In this document: piece after piece, positions 19,474 through 29,365 of the stretch
How positions within the stretch are numbered: position 1 is the stretch's first letter
How the letters are laid out: each line of letters starts with the position of its first letter
Assembly: GCA_945946665.1 (NCBI GenBank)
Contig: CAMEWO010000010.1
Span: 1,781-65,780 of the forward strand
Origin: an uncultured Eubacterium sp.
GTDB taxonomy: Bacteria; Bacillota; Clostridia; Lachnospirales; Lachnospiraceae
Direction of reading: 5' to 3'
DNA: 64,000 bases
Notes under the pieces: generated by a model
The model's database searches: none
Seen by the model: only the letters and a program-made list of their open reading frames with translations
What the model was told of the DNA's origin: nothing
Program-made: the position numbers and the translations under genes

Positions 19474-20415
19474 ATGCATTTTATAGAGAAGTTTAAGGAT
19501 GGAGACAGAATATCAGATATATACCTCTGTAAACAAAAGGGTATTGCAGTGGCAAAAACCGGAAAGGAATATGGCAATGTAATTCTGGCGGATAAGACGG
19601 GAACAGTAGATTCCAAGATATGGGATCTTAATTCTGGCGGGATAGGAGAATTCGAGCCGGGAGATTATGTGTATGTGTCTGGACAGGTTACAGTGTATAA
19701 CGGCAATATACAGCTGAAAATCGAGCGTGCCAGAGTTGCAGATGAGAATGAATATGTTATATCTGACTACATTCAGTGCTCAAGGTACAGTATAGATGAT
19801 ATGTACAGCGAGCTTCTTGGACTGGTGGATACTGTGAAGAATCCGTACATATCAAAGCTTCTTAAAGCATTTTTTGTGGAGGATAGTGAATTCATAGCTA
19901 AGTTCAAGGCTTCTGCAGCAGGGAAGTCAGTTCACCACAGCTTTATGGGAGGTCTGCTTGAACACAGCCTTTCTGTGACAAGGATGTGTGACAGTATGGC
20001 TAAGAATTACGATTATCTTAACAGGGATCTTCTTGTGGCATGTGCCATGCTTCATGACTGTGGAAAGGTTAGGGAATTATCTGCATTTCCTAAGAATGAT
20101 TACACAGACGAGGGGAATTTCCTTGGACATATTGTGATGGGCTATGAGATGGTTAATGAGAAGATGAAGGCGATTCCTGATTTTCCTGAACTTCTTAAGA
20201 GTGAAATCGGTCACTGTATTCTTGCACATCACAGGGAATTAGAGTACGGTTCGCCTAAGAAGCCTTCAATAGCGGAAGCTCTGGCTCTTGCATTTGCAGA
20301 TGACTGTGATGCCAAGATGGAGACTATGAAGGAGGCACTGGAAAGCAAGGAGTCAACTGACTGGCTGGGGTATAACAGGTGGATTGACGCCAATATTAAG
20401 AAGACTATTGTGTAG
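19474..20415 (+). CDS. yhaM: 3'-5' exoribonuclease YhaM family (OB plus HD)
   Basis: N-terminal OB fold, HHSFMGGLLEH, LHDCGK, GHIVMG. Confidence 0.88.
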   Translation: MHFIEKFKDGDRISDIYLCKQKGIAVAKTGKEYGNVILADKTGTVDSKIWDLNSGGIGEFEPGDYVYVSGQVTVYNGNIQLKIERARVADENEYVISDYIQCSRYSIDDMYSELLGLVDTVKNPYISKLLKAFFVEDSEFIAKFKASAAGKSVHHSFMGGLLEHSLSVTRMCDSMAKNYDYLNRDLLVACAMLHDCGKVRELSAFPKNDYTDEGNFLGHIVMGYEMVNEKMKAIPDFPELLKSEIGHCILAHHRELEYGSPKKPSIAEALALAFADDCDAKMETMKEALESKESTDWLGYNRWIDANIKKTIV

Positions 20416-20490
20416 GGGAAAAGGTGTCAGTAGAAAATATATGCCAGATTAACGCTGCTGTGGGCAGTGCATGATAGAAAAGAGGAAGAT

Positions 20491-22209
20491 ATGGCACTTG
20501 AGAAAAACGATATTGTTCGTCTTACAATCAGTGATATAGGAACAGATGGAGAGGGTATAGGTAAGGTTGACGGCTATACCCTCTTTGTTAAAGATGCGGT
20601 AATAGGAGATACAATTACCGCAAGGGTTATCAAGTTAAAGAAGAATTATGGATATGGAAGACTTATGGAGGTTATAGAGCCTTCAAAGGACAGGGTGGAG
20701 CCTGTATGCCCCGTCGCAAGGCAGTGTGGCGGTTGTCAGATTCAGCAGATGTCATATGATGCACAGCTGGATTTCAAGAGAAAGCTGGTTGAAGGTAATC
20801 TTAGAAGAATCGGTGGATTTTCAGATATTGATGTCCTTCCAGTTATAGGTATGGAGGAGCCTTACCATTACCGCAACAAGGCCCAGTATCCTGTGGGACG
20901 TGACAAGGATGGCAACGTGGTAATAGGCTTCTATGCAGGAAGAACCCATTGTATTATTGATAACCAGGACTGTGCAATAGGCGCCAGGGAGAATGTGAAG
21001 ATTCTTACAGCCATCCGTGATTATATTAATGAGAACAAAGTAAGCGTGTATGATGAAAACACAGGAAAAGGGGCGGTAAGGCATATTCTTATCCGCAAAG
21101 GTTTCCACACGGGACAGGTGATGGTGTGCATTGTGGTGAATGGAGAGTCACTGCCTCATGAGGACAAGCTGGTGGCAAAGCTTACAGGGTTGGAATTTTA
21201 CAATGAAACTGATGAAAAGACTAATTCTGTTGAAGGATTAGAAACAGCAGATTCTGTAAAGGGAAAAGCTGTGCCAAATATATCTTCTGTAATGATAAAT
21301 ATTAACAGGGAGAATACTAATGTAATTCTGGGAGACAGATGCAGGACACTGTGGGGAAAGGATTATATTGAGGATTCTATTAATGGAATTACATTTCAGA
21401 TATCACCACTGTCTTTTTATCAGGTAAATCCTGTGCAGACGGAAAAACTGTACGGAAAAGCCCTTGAATTTGCCGGGCTTACAGGTAATGAGGTGGTATG
21501 GGATATGTACTGCGGTATAGGTACTATTTCCCTTATTATGGCAACCAGGGCAAAGAAAGTGTATGGCGTGGAGATTGTTCCTGCTGCTATTGAGAATGCA
21601 AAGAACAATGCAAGAATTAACGGACTGGATAATGCGGAATTCTATGTTGGCAAATCGGAGGAGATTGCTCCTAAGCTTGCAGAGCAGGGAGCAGTTCCTG
21701 ATGTTATCGTGGTAGACCCTCCAAGAAAGGGCTGTGATGAGGCATTGCTTGATACCATAGTAAAGATGCAGCCTGAAAGGGTAGTGTATGTAAGCTGCGA
21801 TTCTGCAACTCTGGCAAGAGACCTTAAATACCTTGCAGCCAGGGGATATGAGGTGAAAACTGTGCAGCCAGTGGACCAGTTCTGCCATACGGTGCATGTG
21901 GAGAGTGTTGTTCTTTTGTCCCAACAAAAAGCGGATGATTATCTGGAAGTAGAGATCGACTTGGATGAGCTTGATGCTACTAGCGCAGAGACTAAGGCTA
22001 CATATGAAGAAATTAAGAAATATGTTGCAGAGCATAATGATGGGATGAAGGTATCTAACCTTTATATTGCGCAGGTGAAGAAGAAATGTGGAATTGAGCT
22101 AGGACAGAATTTTAATTTGCCTAAATCTGAGAATGCTAAGCAACCACAGTGTCCGAAAGAAAAAGAGGATGCTATTGTGGAGGCATTGAAGGCGTTTCAG
22201 ATGATATAA
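20491..22209 (+). CDS. rlmD: 23S rRNA (uracil1939-C5)-methyltransferase RlmD/RumA; about 100 C-terminal residues supplied by the integrated element
   Basis: TRAM domain, CGGCQ, YRNK, VDPPRKG, YVSCD, HVE; RBS-supported start at 20491. Confidence 0.95.
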   Translation: MALEKNDIVRLTISDIGTDGEGIGKVDGYTLFVKDAVIGDTITARVIKLKKNYGYGRLMEVIEPSKDRVEPVCPVARQCGGCQIQQMSYDAQLDFKRKLVEGNLRRIGGFSDIDVLPVIGMEEPYHYRNKAQYPVGRDKDGNVVIGFYAGRTHCIIDNQDCAIGARENVKILTAIRDYINENKVSVYDENTGKGAVRHILIRKGFHTGQVMVCIVVNGESLPHEDKLVAKLTGLEFYNETDEKTNSVEGLETADSVKGKAVPNISSVMININRENTNVILGDRCRTLWGKDYIEDSINGITFQISPLSFYQVNPVQTEKLYGKALEFAGLTGNEVVWDMYCGIGTISLIMATRAKKVYGVEIVPAAIENAKNNARINGLDNAEFYVGKSEEIAPKLAEQGAVPDVIVVDPPRKGCDEALLDTIVKMQPERVVYVSCDSATLARDLKYLAARGYEVKTVQPVDQFCHTVHVESVVLLSQQKADDYLEVEIDLDELDATSAETKATYEEIKKYVAEHNDGMKVSNLYIAQVKKKCGIELGQNFNLPKSENAKQPQCPKEKEDAIVEALKAFQMI

Positions 22210-22374
22210 TATCTATATGCACTTAGCCTTAAGTGCTTGTTTAATATACAACACCCCTGTAGATGCATGTCAAGGTTTTACACCTTTACATGGTTCTGCA
22301 AGGGTGTTATTTCTATTGTTAAATATGGAAAAATGAAAATAAAATAGAACATGGTATTGCTAAGCTAGTTTGGG

Positions 22375-22403
22375 TTGACAACATATAAATATAGTGCTAC
22401 CAT
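22375..22403 (+). promoter_or_regulatory. Sigma-A promoter for the ABC-F cargo
   Basis: TTGACA-17-TACCAT with extended -10 TG. Confidence 0.65.
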
Positions 22404-22604
22404 AGGCATAGATTTTAGAGAAAGAGCACATTTTATGTGTATGGTGAGGAAATGAATAATAGATAGTTTAATTTAGGTGAAACAAATAAGAAGTTGATGC
22501 TGCAGAGGCAGTCTTATTTGTGTACGCTTAATTTAGATTATCGCATAGTTCATTTTCTTTTTAATTTCGTGATATGAAATTTAATAAGGATAAATTTGTG
22601 TGTG

Positions 22605-22639
22605 AGTCTGTATTTGCGTATGCAAGTACAGACTTTTTT
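22605..22639 (+). terminator. Leader terminator (putative attenuator) upstream of ABC-F
   Basis: agtctgtatttgc-gtat-gcaagtacagact followed by T-tract, 27 nt before the ATG. Confidence 0.65.
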
Positions 22640-22666
22640 GCTTCTGTCAAAAAGGGAGTGAAGTAT

Positions 22667-24214
22667 ATGTTACAAATAAACGGACTGAATTTAACACATA
22701 AAAAAGACTTAAGGATAATATTGGACAAGTTTGACCTTGTATTAAACTATGGTGATAAAGCTGCAATCATAGGTGAAGAAGGAAATGGTAAATCAACACT
22801 TATGAAATGGATATATAATCCAGAAATTGTGGAAGATTATATTGAAGCAGAGGGGACGAGAATACTTGGAAATGAAAGACTTGGTTATCTGCCCCAGGAG
22901 CTTCAAGACAAGGATAAGGAAAAAAGTCTATATGAATTCTTTTCAGAAATGGACTGTTTTTGGAATCAGACGCCAAAGGATTTGGGAGAATATGCAAACA
23001 AATTTGGAGTGTCTGTAGACTTTTTCTATAGTGAACAAAAGCTTGTAACACTTTCTGGAGGGGAGAAGGTAAAGGCTCAGCTTATGAAATTACTAATGCA
23101 GGAACCAACTGTACTTTTAATGGATGAGCCCTCAAATGATATTGATATTGCCAGTCTTGAGCTTTTGGAAAAAATCATAAATGAGTGGCAATACATCGTA
23201 CTTTTTATATCACATGATGAGACATTAATTGAGAATACTGCAAATATGATTGTCCATATTGAGCAGATTCAGAGAAAAACAAAATGCAGGTATACTGTTG
23301 CAAAGATGGGATATAGAAAATATGTGGAAGAAAGACTCAATGCTTTTGAAAAACAGGAGCAGCAGGCTTTAAGCGACAAACGTGAAAAGCAAATCAGAGA
23401 TGAGAAGTATAGACGAGTTTTAGATAGTGTGCAGCATGCTTTAGAGGATTGCTCAAGGCAGTGTCCTTCAGTAGCAAAAAATCTAAAGGATAAGATGCAT
23501 ACGGTAAAGTCTATGGGGAAACGATTTGAAAAAGAAGATGAAAATATGACACAGATGCCAGAACAGGAGACTGCGATATTTTTTAAACTTGGAAGTGAAA
23601 CATCAAAAATCCCTGCAGGAAAAACAGTTGTAGAATACAGCCTGGACAAATTATATACACCAGATGAGGATAGGATATTATCAAAAGATATTGTTTTAAA
23701 TATCAAAGGCTCGGAAAAAATATGTATAGTTGGTATGAATGGTGCAGGGAAAACTACTCTTTTAAGAAAGATGGCACAAGACCTGTTAAACAGAACTGAT
23801 ATCAGAGCAGAATATATGCCGCAAAATTATGAAGATTTATTAGACTTAAATATGACACCAGTGGATTTTTTGGATAAAACAGGAGAAAAGGAAGAAAGAA
23901 CAAAAATCAGAACCTATCTTGGCTCATTAAAATACACGGCAGATGAGATGGATCATCCAATCAGAGAGTTGTCAGGAGGTCAAAAAGCGAAAGTTCTCTT
24001 GCTTAAAATGAGTATGTCTGAGGCAAATGTGTTGATATTAGATGAGCCCACTAGAAATTTTTCTCCTTTATCAGGGCCGGTTATTAGAAAAATGATACAG
24101 GAATTTCCCGGTGCTGTAATCAGTATTTCGCACGACAGAAAATATATAAAAGAGGTATGTGAAAAGATATACGAATTAACCGTTGATGGACTTAAACAAA
24201 GGGAGATGGAATAG
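22667..24214 (+). CDS. ABC-F family ATPase
   Basis: Two NBDs (GEEGNGKST, GMNGAGKTT; LSGGE/Q; DEP), no TM domain, long inter-ABC linker; RBS gggag before 22667. Confidence 0.88.
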   Translation: MLQINGLNLTHKKDLRIILDKFDLVLNYGDKAAIIGEEGNGKSTLMKWIYNPEIVEDYIEAEGTRILGNERLGYLPQELQDKDKEKSLYEFFSEMDCFWNQTPKDLGEYANKFGVSVDFFYSEQKLVTLSGGEKVKAQLMKLLMQEPTVLLMDEPSNDIDIASLELLEKIINEWQYIVLFISHDETLIENTANMIVHIEQIQRKTKCRYTVAKMGYRKYVEERLNAFEKQEQQALSDKREKQIRDEKYRRVLDSVQHALEDCSRQCPSVAKNLKDKMHTVKSMGKRFEKEDENMTQMPEQETAIFFKLGSETSKIPAGKTVVEYSLDKLYTPDEDRILSKDIVLNIKGSEKICIVGMNGAGKTTLLRKMAQDLLNRTDIRAEYMPQNYEDLLDLNMTPVDFLDKTGEKEERTKIRTYLGSLKYTADEMDHPIRELSGGQKAKVLLLKMSMSEANVLILDEPTRNFSPLSGPVIRKMIQEFPGAVISISHDRKYIKEVCEKIYELTVDGLKQREME

Positions 24215-24215
24215 G

Positions 24216-25058
24216 ATGATTGATTGGACAAATATAAAAAAGATAGATGCACATATACATTTAATGCCATCAGATGTTATTGAGGCAAATAAAGAGTATG
24301 GTGGTAACTTTATAGATTTTGGAGATGTGGAAGATTATCTCAAAATAATGGATAAATATAATATTGAGTCAGCATTTATAATGCCGTTCAATGATCCATA
24401 CATGTTATCTATGGATTTTAATGTATGTACCGTTCATAATAATTTGCTTGATATGTGTGGCAAAGCAAAAAATAGATTGTTTTGCTTTGCCGATATCGAT
24501 ATCAGAAATGATATAGAGAAGACAATTCAAATATTAGAAGATGCAGTGAGAAGGGAAGAGGTATTAGGCGTGAAAATACATGCAGCAAATACCAGTTATC
24601 CGATTGATGGCATATATTATGATGAGATTTTTAAATGGGCAAATAAAAATAATATTTTAGTTGAGATACATTCGTATCCAAGAACACACCTTATGGATGA
24701 TATGTGTTCTCCGACTAGAATAAAAAATATTATAAAAAAATATCCGAAGCTACGTATGTCAATTGCTCATATTGGAGGCTTCCAATATGAAGAGTTAACT
24801 GACCTTGGACTGTTTTTTAATATTTCTGCTATTTTGCCAGATTTGGTAGACAAGTACGGTATTGCTGGTACAAATAAAATCTTAAGAAGATTAGATGTAG
24901 AAAAATTAGTATTTGCTACTGATTATCCTGATAATCGTAAACTTGAACCTATCGAAATATATGACAAATATTTTGAAATTCTTAGTCAAATGGACTTTTC
25001 AGAGGAAGAAGCTGAGAAAATATGCAGGCTAAATGCATTAAAAATGATTAATAAATGA
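24216..25058 (+). CDS. Amidohydrolase_2 family metal-dependent hydrolase
   Basis: IDAHIH, GVKIH, VEIHS, AHIGG, FATDYP. Confidence 0.85.
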   Translation: MIDWTNIKKIDAHIHLMPSDVIEANKEYGGNFIDFGDVEDYLKIMDKYNIESAFIMPFNDPYMLSMDFNVCTVHNNLLDMCGKAKNRLFCFADIDIRNDIEKTIQILEDAVRREEVLGVKIHAANTSYPIDGIYYDEIFKWANKNNILVEIHSYPRTHLMDDMCSPTRIKNIIKKYPKLRMSIAHIGGFQYEELTDLGLFFNISAILPDLVDKYGIAGTNKILRRLDVEKLVFATDYPDNRKLEPIEIYDKYFEILSQMDFSEEEAEKICRLNALKMINK

Positions 25059-25079
25059 CATAAAACGTCTAGAAATATA

Positions 25080-25127
25080 GGTATCTTATTATGTGGAAAT
25101 CGCATAATCAGATGCCTTTTTTTATTT
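25080..25127 (+). terminator. Probable intrinsic terminator after the cargo operon
   Basis: aggtatct-tattatgtg...cgcataatc-agatgcct followed by T-tract. Confidence 0.5.
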
Positions 25128-25338
25128 TTCAGAATCTAAATGAGTTTACACCTTAGCTTGTGTTAAATCCATGTATAAGTCGTTCTAAGCTTGGGACTTT
25201 TTATCCCAAGGCACATCTATTAGCTTATGTTCCAGTGGCTCAGAAGCTTTCTAATTATTTTTGAATAATCGTGAATTTTTCATTTTTTAAGCTATTACCT
25301 GGATGCAAGAAAAAATAAATAAAAAGGAAGATTAAGAG

Positions 25339-25667
25339 TTTTTGTTCCCATATTCCCTATGTAAGGTTGAAAAAGTTTTGTAAAAAAGTGCAACGAAAGG
25401 AAATTTTCTTCCCATATGCATTTTGTAAAGGGTTAAGAAATTTTGCTTAGTATCTGTAATCACGAATTCTAGGCTCCAAGTACTTAATAGTAAAAACTTT
25501 ATAAATTTTTTGCTTGTATTTAGTAATCAGGATTTTTTCAACCCAAATGTAGTGTAGAAAGATAAAAATTTCTGCAATCAGATTTTTCATGTCCCAAGTA
25601 CTTTATGAAAGGAAAATTTGTAATCACCTTTTTTTGACCCTAAGTACTTTATGAAAGGAAAAATCTG
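25339..25667 (+). repeat. Degenerate tandem array of about 6 units (45-65 bp)
   Basis: Recurring [taatca]-T-tract-CCC-x-gtactt/atg(t/a)aagg-A-tract-tttg; two units share cc(c/t)aagtactttatgaaaggaaaa. Confidence 0.6.
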
Positions 25668-25906
25668 AAAAAACTGCAGATGCGTCTGTTCAATCGCCTA
25701 TGTGAATTATGTAAGTAGGGAGATTGGCTGATAGACCAGTATTGCAGTGAAAAACTTTTGTGCTGCGTGAAGGTATTAGGTGGATATGTTACCAAATACA
25801 GTTCAGATAGGCACAAAAGGAATTGCACTATAACTTGCTTCCCGGGAAAAGCAAGTTGTAGTGAGTGGATTTTTTGAGCCCGTCCAGGGTGCAACCTTGG
25901 TCCAGG

Positions 25907-26011
25907 TTTTGTCAACATCGTTGACAAAAAGAAGTGATGTGCACGTCACTTCGTACTGGGTACTATCTGGCGGAGGTAATGCCTGTTCCGTTCGCAGAGG
26001 TGTCTGCGAAC
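25907..26011. promoter_or_regulatory. Probable oriT/RSA region of the MobV relaxase
   Basis: Three hairpins immediately upstream of mobV: ttttgtcaac/gttgacaaaa, gaagtga/tcacttc, gttcgcaga/tctgcgaac. Confidence 0.55.
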
Positions 26012-26066
26012 CCATTGGTTGTGAAGCCAGATTAACAGAAAAATTTTACAGTGAAAGGAGTGCGCA

Positions 26067-27350
26067 ATGAAAGCGACAAGACACAATGGTCGAAGTGGAA
26101 AGCACGGCTCCTACAATCCTAAGCATAATGATAGGCAATTTGATATTTCACATAGTGAGCATATAGATGGAGAGTTGGCATTACAGAATGTGTATTGGGA
26201 TTGTTATGGAGGGAGACGTACTTCCGCTGAAACTCCAGAAAATGATGAGAGCTTTGAGGAAGTTGAGCTCAGATTTTATCACGATAATTATCAGGACTCT
26301 GTTAATGGACAGAATTATAGAAATGAATGCTATGGACATTCTGAGAGAAATCGTTCTGTGGAGGAAATCTATCGTAATAAGAAAACATGTCCTGAAGAAA
26401 GCATTTTGCAACTTGGCAATATTGATGGAAGTGTAAGTGCAGAAACACTAATGAATGTTGCAGAAACATTTTTTGAGCAATTTAACGAGCGGTTTGGAGA
26501 GCATGTCCATATTCTTGATTGGGCGCTACATGTGGACGAAAAAACACCGCATATCCATGAAAGACATGTATTCGATGCATTAAATGCACACGGAGAACTA
26601 GCACCACAACAGGATAAGGCACTTGAGGCACTTGGAATTGATCTTCCAGATCCAAATAAACCAAAGAGTAAATCCAATAATCGAAAGATGGTATTCGATG
26701 CAATTTGTAGAGATATGTTTTTATCCATTTGTGAGGAGTATGGGCTTTCTGTGGATCGAGAACCGACCTATGGTGGCAAGAAATATCTTGACAAGCAGGA
26801 TTTTATAATTCAAAATCAGCAGACTCGGCTGGCAAATATTGCAGATCAAGTGGCAGACAAAGAAAAAGATTTAGAAAAGGCGAATGTAGAGTTTGCTGCT
26901 ATAGATACGATTATGAATTCAATCGCATCATCCATCTATGACAGTACTTGTAGCGTTGTAGCTGAAGTGGTTACTAGGGATGTGCTGAAGAGGAGTATCG
27001 ACAGTGCAAAAGCTGCGAAGGATGAGGAAGAGCGTACAAGCTTTTATTCAAGTTATGAAAAACAAGCTATGGGAAGTTTGCTGAAAAGATTTATCAATCG
27101 AGTTGAGCAGACAATTGATGATGTTGTTTATAGGGTAAAATGCAAGTTTTCACAAGATGACAATAGGAGCAAGAATATACAACTTGTGCAACAAAAAATG
27201 TGGAGAAATTTGGACCGTCTAGCAGAGTCTGGACCTCATGATTATGAAATTTGCTATGGAAATGAATTGAATTATAGCGACATGGGAAAGGTCGGTTCCA
27301 AAACACAGGAGATAGCTCAACAGGTTGTTCGTAGAAGGAGGGGACGTTAA
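26067..27350 (+). CDS. MobV/Pre-family (TnpZ-like) relaxase
   Basis: N-terminal KHNDR, HVDEKTPHIH motif, coiled-coil tail. Confidence 0.85.
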   Translation: MKATRHNGRSGKHGSYNPKHNDRQFDISHSEHIDGELALQNVYWDCYGGRRTSAETPENDESFEEVELRFYHDNYQDSVNGQNYRNECYGHSERNRSVEEIYRNKKTCPEESILQLGNIDGSVSAETLMNVAETFFEQFNERFGEHVHILDWALHVDEKTPHIHERHVFDALNAHGELAPQQDKALEALGIDLPDPNKPKSKSNNRKMVFDAICRDMFLSICEEYGLSVDREPTYGGKKYLDKQDFIIQNQQTRLANIADQVADKEKDLEKANVEFAAIDTIMNSIASSIYDSTCSVVAEVVTRDVLKRSIDSAKAAKDEEERTSFYSSYEKQAMGSLLKRFINRVEQTIDDVVYRVKCKFSQDDNRSKNIQLVQQKMWRNLDRLAESGPHDYEICYGNELNYSDMGKVGSKTQEIAQQVVRRRRGR

Positions 27351-27839
27351 TTGTCATTTGAAAAGAGAATAAATTATATCAAAAAGAATACGAAGCTTCC
27401 TTCGTATGTTCCACTTCCTAGTAGCATGATTGGGACAGGCCTTAGCTCATCTGCAATGATTTTATATGCAGAACTGTTAAATAGAGCAAGCCTGTCACAG
27501 AAAAATGATATGACGGATGAATTTGGAAATGTATATGTTATCTATCCTATTGATCAACTAAGTAAGCGTCTAAATTTATCAGAAACACAGATAAAGCGTT
27601 TGATTAAGGAGCTTGTAAATGAAGGCCTCTTGAAGAAGAGAAGCGGAGGATTTAATAAACCAAATCACTTATTTGTTATTCTTCCAGGGGAGCAAAAAGG
27701 AACTACTGGGGAGACCACAAATGGCACTACTGTAGGTGCAAAAAAGGCACCACTGACAGTACATAAAGGGCCTACTAACTACTATAACAAAACACTTGAT
27801 GAAACTACTTATACATATGATGAAGGGGAGAGTTTTTAA
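27351..27839 (+). CDS. Replication initiator-like winged-helix protein (RepA_N/HTH type)
   Basis: AMILYAELLNRASLSQKN..TDEFGNVYVIYPI, HTH, KPN.LFV; TTG start. Confidence 0.7.
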   Translation: MSFEKRINYIKKNTKLPSYVPLPSSMIGTGLSSSAMILYAELLNRASLSQKNDMTDEFGNVYVIYPIDQLSKRLNLSETQIKRLIKELVNEGLLKKRSGGFNKPNHLFVILPGEQKGTTGETTNGTTVGAKKAPLTVHKGPTNYYNKTLDETTYTYDEGESF

Positions 27840-27841
27840 TT

Positions 27842-28642
27842 ATGGAAAAGAAAAATACTTATTTAGGAAATGATGGTTTGCTCCATTGCACTGTATGTAA
27901 TGAAGCTGTAGAAGTAAAATTTGATGTTCCTGTAATGGGAATCACAGGTCATGGCAGAATGTGTAAGTGCCAGAGAGAGTTGCAGAAGCAGATAGAGGAA
28001 CGACAGAGACAGCAGGAGGAACATATTAAAAGAGACCGTTGTTTTCCAAGTTGTATCCAGCATGAATGGACATTTGAAAATGATAATGGTCGTAATTCCA
28101 AGATGCAAGTTGCTAAGAAATATGTGGCTAACTGGAATGAAATGAAGAAAAATGGCTTAGGGCTTTTGCTTTGGGGCTCTGTAGGCATTGGTAAAAGCTA
28201 TATGGCAGCATGCGTGGCAAATGAATTGATTAAGCAAGGAGCCGACGTAAAGATGACCAACTTTGCAACCGTATTAAATGATTTATTCAATTGCGAGGAT
28301 AAGAATGAATATATTAGATCCTTATGCAGATATAGTCTTTTGATTTTAGATGATTTGGGAATTGAGCGTAATACGGAATATTCTTTGGAAAATCTATTTA
28401 ATGTGATTGATGCCAGATATGTGTCAGGAAAGGCGATGATTATTACAACCAATTTAAATTTAGAGGAATTGAAGAATCAGAAGCAGCTTAGCTTAAAGCG
28501 AATTTATGACCGAGTACTGGAGCGCTGTATTCCAGTATGTGTTTCAGAGAATGATTTTAGAAAAGATAATAGGGTGGAAGCAAAGGTCAAATTTGGAAAG
28601 ATAATTAATGGGGGCAAGATGGATGAAGAAAAATATGAATAG
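27842..28642 (+). CDS. DnaC/IstB-like ATPase (helicase loader)
   Basis: Cys-rich N-terminus, GSVGIGKS Walker A, LLILDDLG, IITTN. Confidence 0.88.
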   Translation: MEKKNTYLGNDGLLHCTVCNEAVEVKFDVPVMGITGHGRMCKCQRELQKQIEERQRQQEEHIKRDRCFPSCIQHEWTFENDNGRNSKMQVAKKYVANWNEMKKNGLGLLLWGSVGIGKSYMAACVANELIKQGADVKMTNFATVLNDLFNCEDKNEYIRSLCRYSLLILDDLGIERNTEYSLENLFNVIDARYVSGKAMIITTNLNLEELKNQKQLSLKRIYDRVLERCIPVCVSENDFRKDNRVEAKVKFGKIINGGKMDEEKYE

Positions 28643-28913
28643 AGCAATTAATGAAAAATACTTTAATGATCCAGTACAAAATGCAGCATTTATTTGTTGT
28701 ATTGATGTTCTTGCTGAGCTGGTGGAAAAGTATGGAGACAAGGTGTTAGATACTATTTCAGATGGTGTGAATTCTAGTAATGTTTGCGACTATATTTTTA
28801 TTGCAAATGGAATGTCTGTATTATGTGAGGCTGAGAAAATAACAAACGCAGATATTTTAAAAGCATATGTTCAGGTAGCTTACGCTAATGGACTAATTGC
28901 AAAAAGTGCGTAG
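28608..28913 (+). CDS. Small hypothetical protein of the element
   Basis: About 100-aa ORF coupled to the ATPase gene; exact start uncertain. Confidence 0.55.
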   Translation: MGARWMKKNMNRAINEKYFNDPVQNAAFICCIDVLAELVEKYGDKVLDTISDGVNSSNVCDYIFIANGMSVLCEAEKITNADILKAYVQVAYANGLIAKSA

Positions 28914-28928
28914 TGCCTAAAACACAAA

Positions 28929-28957
28929 TTGACACACTGTGGGTTTAATGCTATTAT
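28929..28957 (+). promoter_or_regulatory. Sigma-A promoter flanked by two GTG(A/C)C..G(A/G)CAC inverted motifs
   Basis: TTGACA-17-TATTAT with extended -10 TG. Confidence 0.65.
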
Positions 28958-28990
28958 TGTGACAAATATCAAAATGGCACAGATGTAAGT

Positions 28991-29293
28991 GTGGAGTTGG
29001 AGGCAACTATGATTAATACATTAAAAGAAGCGTTAGAGCGTATCAATGAGCTGGAAGCGGAAAATAAACAGTTACTATCAGAATTAGAGTATTACAGGAA
29101 TAGAAATTATGGAGGTAGAAAGAAACATAATGAAGCGTGGATGACTGCTTATAATGATTTTGTTGTGAAATATGAGGGTGGTATGACTATTATGGAGATT
29201 GTGGCTGAAAGCGATATTAGTAGAAGGACAGCATACCGATATAAAGCCTATTATGACAAGCTAAAAGATGCGGGAAAAAAATCTTCTATATGA
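28991..29293 (+). CDS. Coiled-coil plus resolvase-type HTH protein
   Basis: GMTIMEIVAESDISRRTAYRY HTH. Confidence 0.7.
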   Translation: MELEATMINTLKEALERINELEAENKQLLSELEYYRNRNYGGRKKHNEAWMTAYNDFVVKYEGGMTIMEIVAESDISRRTAYRYKAYYDKLKDAGKKSSI

Positions 29294-29296
29294 TAG

Positions 29297-29320
29297 TTTA
29301 AACCCGTCGAATTCGACGGG
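29297..29320. promoter_or_regulatory. Upstream copy of the KilA-N internal palindrome
   Basis: tttaaacccgtcgaattcgacggg is identical to 29582-29605. Confidence 0.8.
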
Positions 29321-29365
29321 GTAAGAAGTTAAGGTTATAAATTGTGACGTTAAAATTATTGGAGG

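Noticed and set aside
22574-22666. 31-aa N-terminal extension of ABC-F given by the ORF track
   Set aside because: No RBS at 22574, a good RBS precedes 22667, and the stretch contains a terminator hairpin. Similar over-long starts were trimmed for mutS2, rlmD, MFS and both SBPs.
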